Origin: a bacterium
Lineage (GTDB): Bacteria > Bacillota_I > Bacilli_A > RF39 > UBA660
Length of the DNA stretch: 64,000 nucleotides
Assembly (NCBI GenBank): GCA_030531905.1
Contig: JAUNMG010000001.1
Span: forward strand, 56,569-120,568
Direction: 5' to 3'
The number at the start of each line of letters is the position of its first letter. Within the stretch, counting starts at the first letter, position 1. The position numbers were made by a program, and so were the translations under genes. Shown here piece by piece: positions 10,974 to 20,598 of the stretch. The notes beneath the pieces are model-generated. The model saw only the letters and a program-made list of their open reading frames with translations, was not told the origin of the DNA and did not search any database.

Positions 10974-12239
10974 GTGAGGTATAAGATGAAAATTTTAGAG
11001 ATAGAAGGACAAAGAGAATTATCAGGTACTATTAGAATTAGTGGTGCAAAGAATTCATGTGTTGCTTTAATTCCAGCAGCAATTCTTTCAGATGACGAAG
11101 TAACAATATGTAATGTTCCAGAAATAACAGATACAGATGCATTATGTGAAATTTTAGAGTCATTAAATGTTGAAGTAAAAAGAGCTAGTGAAAGTGTAGT
11201 TATAGATCCAAGTAAAATGCAAAATACAGAAATAAAGGAAGAATTTTCAAAAAAATTAAGAGCATCTTATTATTTTATGGGAGCATTACTAGGAAAATAT
11301 AAGAAAGCTGTAATGTATTTTCCAGGAGGATGCTCAATAGGAGCAAGACCAATAAATTTACATTTAAAAGGATTCGAAGCCTTAGGAGCAAAAGTAACTA
11401 ATGAAAACAATAAATATATAGTAGAAGCAGAAGAATTAAAAGGAGCAAATATATATTTAGATTTTGCATCAGTAGGAGCAACTATTAATATTATGTTAGC
11501 AGCAGTAAAAGCAAAAGGACTAACGATAATAGATAATGCAGCAAAAGAACCAGAGATAGTAAATGTAGCAACATTCTTAAATAATATGGGAGCAAAGATA
11601 ACAGGAGCAGGAACTTCAACGATAAAAATAGAAGGAGTAGAAAAGCTACATGGATGTTTTCATGAAGTAATACCAGATAGAATAGAAGCAGGAACTTATA
11701 TAATAATAGGAGCATTATGTGGAAATCGTTTAAAAATAGATAACATTATTCCAGAACATGTAGATTCATTATTATCAAAATTACAAGAAATTGGTGTTAA
11801 TTTGGAAATAGGTAGTGATTATGTAATAGTAAGTAAAGAAGAAATTACCAAACCAACAAATATTAAAACAAGCGTTTATCCAGGATTTCCAACAGACTTA
11901 CAACAACCATTTACAGTTTTATTAACACAATGTAGTGGAAAAAGTAAAGTAGAAGAAACAATCTGGGAAAATAGATTTATGCATATAGCATATTTAAATC
12001 AATTAGGAGCTGATATTACAATAAAGAATCAAACAGCAACAATAATAGGTCCAACAAAACTAAAAGGAACAAGTGTTGTCGCAACTGATTTACGTGCAGG
12101 AGCAGCGATGGTAGCAGCAGCCCTAATAGCAGAAGGAAAAACCACAATAACAAATGTTGAACATATTTTAAGAGGGTATGAAAATATAGTTTCTAAATTA
12201 AAAGATGTAGGTGCTAAAATTGAGAGTAAAGAAATATAA
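10974..12239 (+). CDS. murA: UDP-N-acetylglucosamine 1-carboxyvinyltransferase
   Basis: MurA/EPSP-synthase fold. The N-terminus KILEIEGQRELSGTIRISGAKNS is diagnostic. The start may be the ATG at 10986. Confidence 0.93.
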   Translation: MRYKMKILEIEGQRELSGTIRISGAKNSCVALIPAAILSDDEVTICNVPEITDTDALCEILESLNVEVKRASESVVIDPSKMQNTEIKEEFSKKLRASYYFMGALLGKYKKAVMYFPGGCSIGARPINLHLKGFEALGAKVTNENNKYIVEAEELKGANIYLDFASVGATINIMLAAVKAKGLTIIDNAAKEPEIVNVATFLNNMGAKITGAGTSTIKIEGVEKLHGCFHEVIPDRIEAGTYIIIGALCGNRLKIDNIIPEHVDSLLSKLQEIGVNLEIGSDYVIVSKEEITKPTNIKTSVYPGFPTDLQQPFTVLLTQCSGKSKVEETIWENRFMHIAYLNQLGADITIKNQTATIIGPTKLKGTSVVATDLRAGAAMVAAALIAEGKTTITNVEHILRGYENIVSKLKDVGAKIESKEI

Positions 12240-12276
12240 TTAATATATAGCTTTATTCTTTTTTTTTGGAGGAAAA

Positions 12277-12996
12277 ATGAAATTTATAAAAAAACATCTT
12301 AAATTAATTGTATTTATCTTAACCTTTTTAGCAATCTATTTAATTTATATAGGAGTGGGAAACAAAAAAATCATTTATACATCTTTAGGTGATGGTTTTG
12401 CTAGTGGACTAAATCCATATTTAAATAATGATTATGCCTACAGTGACCTTTTGGCAGATTATCTTAAGAAAAATAATCGATTAAGACAATTTTATAATGG
12501 TTTTTCAGATGATAATATGATGATTAAAGATTTAAAAAATGATATATTAATAAATATAAATGACAAAGATAATCATAATTTAAAACAAGTTTTAAGAGAA
12601 ACAGATTTATTAACAATATCTGTGGGAATTAATGATTTTAGATACTATTTTGAGAATAAAAATAATTTAACAGATTATGAAAAAAACAAAATATTAACAG
12701 AAATTGTGGAAAAACTAGATGATACGATTAAAGAAATTAAAAAATACTGTCAAGGAGATGTCTACTTGATAGGTTATTACAACTTTTATCCCCAAAATTC
12801 TGTTGAAAAAAAATTATTAGACGAACTTAATGAAAAATATAAACAGATTTGTTCAAAAAATAATATAACTTTTGTGGATAATAATAATATAAATAAAAAT
12901 ATTAATAAATATCTGGAAAATCCTAATACAATTTATCCAAATAAAGAAGGATATAAAGAAATTTTTAATAATATAGTTCAAAATAGTGATTTTTAG
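12277..12996 (+). CDS. SGNH/GDSL-family hydrolase
   Basis: N-terminal TM or signal sequence. The GDGFASG block and overall SGNH architecture. Confidence 0.5.
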   Translation: MKFIKKHLKLIVFILTFLAIYLIYIGVGNKKIIYTSLGDGFASGLNPYLNNDYAYSDLLADYLKKNNRLRQFYNGFSDDNMMIKDLKNDILININDKDNHNLKQVLRETDLLTISVGINDFRYYFENKNNLTDYEKNKILTEIVEKLDDTIKEIKKYCQGDVYLIGYYNFYPQNSVEKKLLDELNEKYKQICSKNNITFVDNNNINKNINKYLENPNTIYPNKEGYKEIFNNIVQNSDF

Positions 12997-13092
12997 TAAG
13001 AAAAGCTTGCAAAAACAAGAAATAATTGATATACTACATATGCATTTAATTACTATGATTATTATGTAATCATGGCGGAAGGAGAGAAAAAT

Positions 13093-13311
13093 ATGAAAAA
13101 AGGAATTCATCCAGATTATAAAGAATGTACAGTAACTTGTGCATGTGGAGAAACATTTACTACAAAATCAAATAAAGATTCAATCACTGTTGAAGTTTGT
13201 TCAAAATGTCATCCATTCTATACTGGAAAACAAAGAGGAGCTTCACGTGCTGGACGTGTTGACAAATTTAATAAGAAGTATGGATTTACTCAAGATGAAA
13301 CAGCTGCTTAG
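13093..13311 (+). CDS. rpmE: 50S ribosomal protein L31 (zinc-binding type A)
   Basis: [10 protein letters not shown]-terminus. CxxC...CxxC zinc ribbon. RBS GGAGAG. The ORF-track start at 13072 is probably too far upstream. Confidence 0.9.
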   Translation: MKKGIHPDYKECTVTCACGETFTTKSNKDSITVEVCSKCHPFYTGKQRGASRAGRVDKFNKKYGFTQDETAA

Positions 13312-13334
13312 TTAGCTGTTTTTCTTTTTTTATT
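13300..13334 (+). terminator. rho-independent terminator of rpmE
   Basis: ACAGCT...AGCTGT hairpin followed by a T-run. Confidence 0.6.
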
Positions 13335-13363
13335 TATGTTATAATAATTATAAGGAGGAGATT

Positions 13364-13801
13364 ATGAAAATAGGATTTGCTAGTGATCATAGAGGTTATC
13401 AATTAAAAAAATATTTAATAGAAGAGTTAGAAAAAAATTATGAAATAGAAGATTATGGAACTTATTCAGAAGAGTCTGTCGATTATCCAGACTATGCTTT
13501 TATCTTAGGTGAAAATGTAGTTAATAAAAATGTTGATTTTGGAGTAGCAATATGTGGTTCAGGTATAGGAATTTCTATCGCTTGTAATAAAGTAAAAGGC
13601 ATTTTCTGTGCTAAAGTAAGTAATAAAGAAGAAGCATATTATACAAGAAATGATAATAATTCTAATATTGTAGCTTTTAGTGAAAAAACAAATAAAGAAG
13701 AAGCCTTAGAAATAGTAAAAACTTTTGTTGAAACTCCATTTTCTAATGAAGAAAGACATTTAAGAAGAATCAATAAAATCAAAGAGTATGAGGCAAAATA
13801 A
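13364..13801 (+). CDS. rpiB: ribose-5-phosphate isomerase B
   Basis: RpiB/LacAB family: MKIGFASDHRGY and GSGIGISIACNK blocks. Confidence 0.88.
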   Translation: MKIGFASDHRGYQLKKYLIEELEKNYEIEDYGTYSEESVDYPDYAFILGENVVNKNVDFGVAICGSGIGISIACNKVKGIFCAKVSNKEEAYYTRNDNNSNIVAFSEKTNKEEALEIVKTFVETPFSNEERHLRRINKIKEYEAK

Positions 13802-13803
13802 TA

Positions 13804-14001
13804 ATGAAGGGAAAATTTTTAATATATATAATTTCAACGATTTTAGTAATATGGTCAATGGAATCAGTTAATATAAATCAAATTTTTAAAAAAAATAAAA
13901 TTTTACAAGCACGAATATTTTACTTTTTATTAGGTATTTCTTTAATATACTTAGTAACAAATTTCTTTATGGATTTATATACTTCTATAAAATTTTTTTA
14001 A
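13804..14001 (+). CDS. small hydrophobic hypothetical protein
   Basis: 65 aa with two predicted TM helices. Translationally adjacent to rpiB. Confidence 0.3.
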   Translation: MKGKFLIYIISTILVIWSMESVNINQIFKKNKILQARIFYFLLGISLIYLVTNFFMDLYTSIKFF

Positions 14002-14052
14002 AAGAAGTATAAATCTTTTTTTTTGGTTCAAACTTTAAATGAGGTGAAGAAA

Positions 14053-14691
14053 ATGAAAAAGAAATTGAGATTAAAATCTTATGTAATTCCATGTCTATAT
14101 GTTGTTTTATTTTCATCAATTATAGTTGGAGGAGCATTAATTACTAAGGAATTAAGTAAAAATAAGGATTATTCAACACCAGATTATACTTATGTATCCA
14201 ATACAATCTTAAGCGAAGATGTTCCAGTAATTAATGAAGTTACTAAAATGTTAAAACCATATACTAATGAAAATGTAAAGGTTGGAAAATCATATTACGA
14301 CTATAAAGCTGAAAGTAAGGCTCAAGAAGGTTCAATAACTTATTATGATGGTAGCTACATTCAAAATTCAGGTATTGATTACACACTAGATGAAACATTT
14401 GATGTAGTAGCAGTTTTAAGTGGAACAGTAGTAAGTGTAAAACAAGATGATATTTTAGGAAATGTTGTTGAAATAAAACATGATAATAACTATGTAACTA
14501 CTTATCAAAGTTTAAGTGAAGTATCAGTTAAAAAAGATGATATGGTAACACAAGGACAAATAATAGGAAAAAGTGGAACTAACAAATTAGACAAAGATAT
14601 GGGAAATCACTTACATTTTGAAGTTTATGTTAATGGACAAGTAGTAGATCCAAGTCTTTATGTAGATAAAGAAATCAAGAAAGAACAATAA
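14053..14691 (+). CDS. M23/LytM-family metallopeptidase, membrane-anchored (candidate SpoIIQ-like protein)
   Basis: N-terminal TM helix. LytM domain with intact HxxxD and HLHFE motifs. Located upstream of mreB/mbl, as spoIIQ-region genes are in Bacilli. RBS GAGGTG precedes the ATG at 14053. Confidence 0.6.
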   Translation: MKKKLRLKSYVIPCLYVVLFSSIIVGGALITKELSKNKDYSTPDYTYVSNTILSEDVPVINEVTKMLKPYTNENVKVGKSYYDYKAESKAQEGSITYYDGSYIQNSGIDYTLDETFDVVAVLSGTVVSVKQDDILGNVVEIKHDNNYVTTYQSLSEVSVKKDDMVTQGQIIGKSGTNKLDKDMGNHLHFEVYVNGQVVDPSLYVDKEIKKEQ

Positions 14692-14828
14692 AATTATTAA
14701 AAAAAGTTCTTTTTTTTTGCCTCAAATTCATATATTATATGTAAGTATAAATAAAGTATAAAAAAATGTTAAAAAATAACTATAAAATTGCGATTTTATG
14801 GTAAAATAAATAATGATTAGAAAAGGAA

Positions 14829-15830
14829 GTGATTTTGGTGTTGTCAAAAGATATAGGAATAGATTTAGGAACAGCTAATGTATTAATATACATCAAAGGT
14901 CAAGGTATAGTATTAAATGAACCAAGCATAGTAGCGATTGATACAGAAACAAAGAAAGTTATTGCTGTTGGTAGTGAAGCAAATGAAATGTTAGGAAGAA
15001 CCCCAGGTAAAGTAAAAGCAATAAAGCCTATGAAAGATGGTGTAATAGCAGATTTTGAAATTACAGAGATCATGCTAAACTCATTTATTAAGAAGGTAAA
15101 AGCGAAATCATTTTTAACTAGACCAAGAATTTTAATATGTTGTCCATCTAATATAACTCCAGTAGAAAAAAATGCTATCAAAGAAGCTGCTGAAAGAACA
15201 GGGGCAAGACGTGTATTTATAGAAGAAGAACCAAAAGTAGCTGCCATAGGTGCTGGAATGGATATATCAAAACCAAGTGCTAATATTGTTATTGATATTG
15301 GTGGTGGAACAACAGATATAGCGGTACTATCTTTAGGAGATATTGTAACTAGTGCTTCTGTTAGAATTGCTGGAAATGTCTTTGATCATGATATTATAAA
15401 ATATATTAGAGATAAATATAAATTGTTAATTGGTGAAAGAACTGCCGAAAGAATTAAAATAGATTTTGCTTGTTGTTACAATGCGGATAAAAAACAAACT
15501 TTAGAGGTAAAAGGAAGAAACTTAATAACTGGTCTTCCTCATATGATAACAATTAATCAAGAAGAAACAGAAGAAGCTTTAAAAGAAAGCGTATATAAAA
15601 TTGTTAAGGCTGCTACTACCGTTCTAGAGCAAACACCACCTGAACTTTCTGCTGATATTGTTAACAAAGGTATTGTTTTAACTGGTGGAGGAGCAATGTT
15701 AAAGGGATTAACAGATTTATTATCTAAAGAATTAGAAGTTCCAGTTTTAATTGCGGATTCACCACTTACATGTGTTGTAGAAGGAACAGGAATTTTATTA
15801 GAAAAACCAAGTGAATTAGAAGAAGACTAA
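14829..15830 (+). CDS. mreB: rod shape-determining protein MreB/Mbl
   Basis: Actin-fold motifs (GIDLGTAN, DIGGGTTD). GTG start with RBS AAAGGAAG. Confidence 0.92.
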   Translation: MILVLSKDIGIDLGTANVLIYIKGQGIVLNEPSIVAIDTETKKVIAVGSEANEMLGRTPGKVKAIKPMKDGVIADFEITEIMLNSFIKKVKAKSFLTRPRILICCPSNITPVEKNAIKEAAERTGARRVFIEEEPKVAAIGAGMDISKPSANIVIDIGGGTTDIAVLSLGDIVTSASVRIAGNVFDHDIIKYIRDKYKLLIGERTAERIKIDFACCYNADKKQTLEVKGRNLITGLPHMITINQEETEEALKESVYKIVKAATTVLEQTPPELSADIVNKGIVLTGGGAMLKGLTDLLSKELEVPVLIADSPLTCVVEGTGILLEKPSELEED

Positions 15831-15846
15831 AATAAGTCTTTTTTCT
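15823..15846 (+). terminator. rho-independent terminator of mreB
   Basis: AAGACT...AGTCTT perfect stem followed by TTTTC. Confidence 0.6.
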
Positions 15847-15896
15847 TTTCTAAATAAATAAATTTTGCTATAATTGATATAAAGTGAGGAGTAATT

Positions 15897-17033
15897 ATGG
15901 AAAGTGAAATTTATAATACTTTAACTATAGTTTTAGTAACATTTGTATTTTCAGCATTAATCATGCCCTTAATGAAAAAAGTTGCAGTGCATGTAGGTGC
16001 TATGGATATGCCAAGAAAAGAAGAAGGAAACAGACATATCCATAAGAAACCAATTCCAAAATTAGGAGCAGTAGGAATTTATTTAAGTTTTCTTTTTGGG
16101 TATATGTTATTTGGAAAAGAAAGTATTCAAATGAATTCAATTTTAATTGGTAGTTTTATTATGATATTAACAGGTATTGTTGATGATTTAAAATCAATTA
16201 GAGCTTACCAAAAACTTATTTGTCACATAGTGGCTGCATCTATCATTGTTTTTTATGGAAAGATTCTATTAAGTAATATAACAGCCTTTGGTTTTGCAAT
16301 TGATTTAGGGATATTTTCTTATCCAATAACTATATTATTCATAGTTGCATGTTGTAATATTATTAATTTAATAGATGGATTAGATGGTTTAAGTGGTGGT
16401 ATATGTAGTATCTTTTTCCTAACAATTGGTATTATAGGTTTTTATCAAGGAAGAGGTGGAAGCCTAGTAATGATTCTAACATTTATTATGCTGGGTGCAA
16501 CCTTAGGTTTCTTATTACATAACTTTTATCCAGCAAAGATTTTTGCAGGAGATTGTGCTACATTTATGGGATTTATTATCTCAATAATTACCCTACTAGA
16601 ATTTAAAGGTCCAGCTTTAACATCATTCTTTGTACCAATTTTGTTGTTAGGTATTCCTATTATAGATACTGCTTTCGCAATAATAAGAAGAGCCTTAAAA
16701 GGAAAGCCAATATTCTCTGCTGATAAAGAACATTTACATCATCAATTACTAGGAATGAACTTTTCCCAAAGAACAACAGTATTAATAATTTATGGTATGA
16801 ACATTTTGTTTGCTATGGCTTCAATATTTTATACACTAAAAGATCCTGTTACTGGTACTGTTATCTATATAATTTTATTTATTATATTTTTATGGTTTAT
16901 ACTACATACAAGTATTATTTCAGATAAAAGCCCAAAACTAACGAAGAAAATAGAACAAAAACTTAAGTTACCATCAAGTAAAAATAAAAAGAAAAATAAA
17001 CAGAAAACAAAGAAAAAAACAACTTCTAAATAG
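15897..17033 (+). CDS. tagO: polyprenyl-phosphate N-acetylhexosamine-1-phosphate transferase (MraY/WecA/TagO family, glycosyltransferase family 4)
   Basis: About 10 TM helices. NxxNxxDGxDGL and DDxxS-like motifs. Lysine-rich C-terminal tail. Confidence 0.8.
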   Translation: MESEIYNTLTIVLVTFVFSALIMPLMKKVAVHVGAMDMPRKEEGNRHIHKKPIPKLGAVGIYLSFLFGYMLFGKESIQMNSILIGSFIMILTGIVDDLKSIRAYQKLICHIVAASIIVFYGKILLSNITAFGFAIDLGIFSYPITILFIVACCNIINLIDGLDGLSGGICSIFFLTIGIIGFYQGRGGSLVMILTFIMLGATLGFLLHNFYPAKIFAGDCATFMGFIISIITLLEFKGPALTSFFVPILLLGIPIIDTAFAIIRRALKGKPIFSADKEHLHHQLLGMNFSQRTTVLIIYGMNILFAMASIFYTLKDPVTGTVIYIILFIIFLWFILHTSIISDKSPKLTKKIEQKLKLPSSKNKKKNKQKTKKKTTSK

Positions 17034-17047
17034 AAGTTGCTTTTTTG
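17020..17047 (+). terminator. rho-independent terminator of tagO-like gene
   Basis: CAACTTCTA...TAGAAGTTG perfect 9-bp stem followed by a T-run. Confidence 0.65.
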
Positions 17048-17099
17048 TTAATAACTCGTAATTATTGGAAAAATATGGTAAAATTATATTGGTGATAAT

Positions 17100-17831
17100 A
17101 TGATTAATTTTATAATATGTGAGGATGAGAAACCACTAAGAGAAGAAACAAAGAAAATTATAGTCAGTTATATGATGAATCATGATATTGATTACAAAAT
17201 TTATGAGTTTGATAGCTATGATAAAAAATTTGACCAAATTATGAAAAAAGATATAGGTTTTAAAATATATTTATTAGATATTATCACAAAAAATGGAACT
17301 GGTATTGATGCAGCTAGAATAATAAGAGAAAAATATGATGATTGGGTTTCAGTTATTATAATGATAACTTCTCATAATGAATATAAGTACGAAGCATTAT
17401 CCAGTAGATTATTCTTGCTTGATTTTGTTAACAAACTTAATAATTGTAATAAGAAATTAAGAGATGATTTAAATGTTGCAATGAAACACTATGACACTAG
17501 ATATAAAATGTTAAGTTATGAATATAATCATACTTACTACAGAATTGAGTATAGACAAATAATTTATATTGAAAAAGAACAAGACAGTAAAAGATGTATT
17601 ATTAGAACTAAAGATGGAAAACAATTAATACCAGGTAGTTTAAATGAAGTAGAGAAAAAATTAGATAATAGATTCTTTAAAACTCATAAAAGTTTGATTG
17701 TTAATTTAGATGAGATAGCACTATACGAAATAAAAGAAAATAAGATAACTTTTAAGAACGGAGAAGTAACTTATCTAATATCAAGAAACAAGAAGAAGGA
17801 GTTGATTGAGAATGTCTACAATTATAATTAA
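17100..17831 (+). CDS. LytTR-family response regulator (AgrA-like)
   Basis: N-terminal receiver domain (IICEDE...D) and C-terminal LytTR DNA-binding domain. Overlaps the downstream kinase gene by 26 nt. Confidence 0.8.
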   Translation: MINFIICEDEKPLREETKKIIVSYMMNHDIDYKIYEFDSYDKKFDQIMKKDIGFKIYLLDIITKNGTGIDAARIIREKYDDWVSVIIMITSHNEYKYEALSSRLFLLDFVNKLNNCNKKLRDDLNVAMKHYDTRYKMLSYEYNHTYYRIEYRQIIYIEKEQDSKRCIIRTKDGKQLIPGSLNEVEKKLDNRFFKTHKSLIVNLDEIALYEIKENKITFKNGEVTYLISRNKKKELIENVYNYN

Positions 17832-19107
17832 ATTCATTTGTTCAGTATTGATGGCATTTAGTGGCTTGATAGTAGTAAAAAATATAAGTGGTAGTAAGGA
17901 GAAAATTATAAGTATAAAAAATATATTATTGATATGTATTTTAATATTTGTTCCAGTTATTAACTATGGAGCAAAATATACATATATATCAACACTAACA
18001 GTATTTATAGTCTCAATATTTGTTTATAAATATATTTTGAAAATAAGTTTCTCAAAATCAACAATTTGTTGTTCTATTTTATACTTGAGCTTGTTTATTT
18101 TAGAATTTATTTCAAGCCAAATATTTGTCTATTTAATGTCATTAGATGAGGTTAGAAATATTTTAGTAGTTAATATTTTGTTCAATCTTGTATATAGTAT
18201 TTTCTTATTACTTATTTTTAATATAAAATTCGTTTATAAAAATATAAGAAAGTTTATATCAAAGATAGAACATAGAAAAGGATATAATTATATTGTATTT
18301 TTCGTATTATTAATAATGGCAATGAGTATTATTCTATATACAGTCGCTATAAATTATAAAGTTGACAATATGTTTTATGTTTCCTTTTTATTACCTTTAC
18401 TATTTTTTAGTTTAATTATAATATTGGTTAATGAGGAGTATAACTATAATAAATTATACACAGAATATGATAATTTATTTACATATGTAAAAGTGTTTGA
18501 AGATTGGATTGAAAATGAACAGTTAATCAGACATGAGTACAAAAATCAACTTGCTGTTTTGAGATGCATGACTAAAGAGAAAAAAGTAAAATATAAGATA
18601 GATAGTATTATATCTGAAACTATTAATATTGATGATAATATGGTTAACCAGTTGAAAAATCTTCCAAATGGAGGATTCAAAGGCTTGTTATATTATAAGA
18701 TTATCGTTGCTAAAAATAATAATATAAAATTGGAAATTAATATAGGAAATGAGTATAATGAGGTATTGAATAAATTAAGCGATGACAAGTTAAAAGTATT
18801 ATCAAATATAATTGGTATATATCTTGATAACGCTATAGAGGCATCAAAAGAAACAAAAAGAAAAATTGTTTCAATAGAAATTTATGAATATGATAGTACA
18901 GCAAATATAATAATAAGTAATACATTTAATACTAAGTTAGACATCTCTAAGAGAAATGAAAAAGGATACAGTACAAAAGGAACAGGTAGAGGAAATGGAT
19001 TATATTTTGCTAATAAATTACTTACTAAAAATTCTTGGATTTGTGAACAACAAGATATAATTGATGGTTTCTATATAGAAAGAATAAGAATTAAAAATAG
19101 TTTATAA
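17806..19107 (+). CDS. HPK10-type sensor histidine kinase (AgrC-like)
   Basis: About 6 N-terminal TM helices. H-box RHEYKNQL resembles the AgrC RxKHDYxN box. C-terminal GHKL ATPase (GTGRGNGL). Confidence 0.8.
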   Translation: MRMSTIIIKFICSVLMAFSGLIVVKNISGSKEKIISIKNILLICILIFVPVINYGAKYTYISTLTVFIVSIFVYKYILKISFSKSTICCSILYLSLFILEFISSQIFVYLMSLDEVRNILVVNILFNLVYSIFLLLIFNIKFVYKNIRKFISKIEHRKGYNYIVFFVLLIMAMSIILYTVAINYKVDNMFYVSFLLPLLFFSLIIILVNEEYNYNKLYTEYDNLFTYVKVFEDWIENEQLIRHEYKNQLAVLRCMTKEKKVKYKIDSIISETINIDDNMVNQLKNLPNGGFKGLLYYKIIVAKNNNIKLEINIGNEYNEVLNKLSDDKLKVLSNIIGIYLDNAIEASKETKRKIVSIEIYEYDSTANIIISNTFNTKLDISKRNEKGYSTKGTGRGNGLYFANKLLTKNSWICEQQDIIDGFYIERIRIKNSL

Positions 19108-19261
19108 TGAAGTGATCAAGTAAAAAATGGATAGTTTATAAATCAATTTCTTAAATGAGTTCGTTGTAGGTGCTTGATGAATAAATTTAATTCTAATTTG
19201 TATGTGGTATAATCAATTTTGAATTTTTTATATCTTTTAATTTATTTTTATTCTAATATAA

Positions 19262-19300
19262 AAAGTAGACTAGAAATTTTTTTCTTTTGTCTACTTTATT
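19262..19300. terminator. bidirectional rho-independent terminator between convergent HK and agrD
   Basis: GTAGAC...GTCTAC stem with T-runs on both strands. Confidence 0.6.
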
Positions 19301-19325
19301 ATATTACTTGATATAGAACTATTTT

Positions 19326-19448
19326 TTAATCATTAAAAGAATTTAAAGTTTTTGGTTCATCAAATAGCATCCATATACATCCCATGCTAGCTGCTCCTGT
19401 AGCAAGTAAAGCAATAGCACTAATGAATGCTGCAACTCTTTTCTTCAT
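19326..19448 (-). CDS. agrD: AgrD-like autoinducing-peptide precursor
   Basis: 40-aa ORF with GGAGA RBS, immediately downstream of agrB on the same strand. Amphipathic leader, a single Cys (MGCIWMLF) followed by DEPK, matching the AgrD C-terminal recognition-motif pattern. Not in the supplied ORF track. Confidence 0.65.
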   Translation of the reverse strand: MKKRVAAFISAIALLATGAASMGCIWMLFDEPKTLNSFND

Positions 19449-19500
19449 AATAATCTCCTTTCTTAATTTCCTATATTATAAACATCAAATAAATTGATAT

Positions 19501-20091
19501 TTATTCATGCTTGTAGTTATTAAAAGGTTGATTTAATAACATATAAATTAAGGGATTAACCATTAGTGATTCTATAATCACGCTTAGTATAAAGATAGTT
19601 GAAAGTTCATGATTGTTTATAACCAATGATAAAATTATATATATAATGGCAACACTTACAGTTGCTATTTTTCTTATTAATCTTTTCTTTTTATTTTTTA
19701 GAGGTCTTTTAACAGTATCAGCAGGTGCAAATATAAGCAAATCTATTAAACAGATACAACCTATAATTAAGATGCTAAATTTTGAAATGTTAATATTTAA
19801 CATAATGTATGGTAAAACTATAAAACATATAGTAGAAGATATTAAACATTGCCAACTTTTTTTAGCGTGTATTCCAAATCCGAAATATCTGATAATATTA
19901 AAAAATAGCAAGGTTAGAATGACTTCTTTTAAAATATTTAAAACTATTGCCAAGAAAAGTATTATGACTAATTTTGTTATTGTTAAATATATACCTTCTA
20001 ATCCATATTTTAATTTTTCTAAATCTTCTCCTTCATATGTTTCATACTTAGATAAGAAATTTACCATTTTATTAATTACTACTGTTTTCAA
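19501..20091 (-). CDS. agrB: accessory gene regulator B (AgrD-processing membrane peptidase)
   Basis: Strong similarity to staphylococcal AgrB in the catalytic region (GxHA...SxxxC, FAPAxTxKxP...RLIRK). About 6 TM helices. 196 aa. Confidence 0.85.
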   Translation of the reverse strand: MKTVVINKMVNFLSKYETYEGEDLEKLKYGLEGIYLTITKLVIILFLAIVLNILKEVILTLLFFNIIRYFGFGIHAKKSWQCLISSTICFIVLPYIMLNINISKFSILIIGCICLIDLLIFAPADTVKRPLKNKKKRLIRKIATVSVAIIYIILSLVINNHELSTIFILSVIIESLMVNPLIYMLLNQPFNNYKHE

Positions 20092-20330
20092 AGTTTACCT
20101 CCTATCTTGACACTAGATTATCACTTAATAAGTAGATATTTTTATTGTTTTTTTAAAAGGTATAATAATTTCTTTTTTTTTGCACAAATAGTAGAAATTT
20201 GTCGAAAAACTCACACAAAAATCCCTAAAAATTACATTTAAAAGAAAAACGAGCCATATTTTAGCTAGGTTGTTAAACTAGTATCACTTGGCCAAGAGTC
20301 AAGAATAGTATTTGGGAAAAGAGGTGCAAA

Positions 20331-20549
20331 ATGATAGGAAGAGTTAAGTGGTTCAATAATGAAAAAGGTTATGGATTTATTGAATATAAGGAAAATGAAG
20401 ATATTTTTGTTCACTATTCAGCAATTGAAAATGATGGATATAAGACTTTATCAGAAGGACAATACGTTGAATTTAATTTAGTAGAAACAAGTAAAGGATA
20501 TCAAGCATTAAATGTTAAACTTGTTAAGGAACCAGCTATGTCAAAATAG
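20331..20549 (+). CDS. cold-shock protein (CspA family)
   Basis: RNP1/RNP2 motifs ([20 protein letters not shown]). Confidence 0.9.
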   Translation: MIGRVKWFNNEKGYGFIEYKENEDIFVHYSAIENDGYKTLSEGQYVEFNLVETSKGYQALNVKLVKEPAMSK

Positions 20550-20598
20550 GTGGTTTTTTTTATATAAAAGTGCTATAATAAAAATAGGAGGCGATGAT

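Noticed and set aside
11491-11715. 74-aa leucine-rich minus-strand ORF inside murA
   Set aside because: It is antisense to a highly conserved housekeeping gene, and its composition is a poly-Leu artefact of AT-rich antisense.
19613-20110. 165-aa plus-strand ORF
   Set aside because: It lies entirely antisense to the well-supported agrB gene. Its composition is the low-complexity AT-rich kind, with no RBS.
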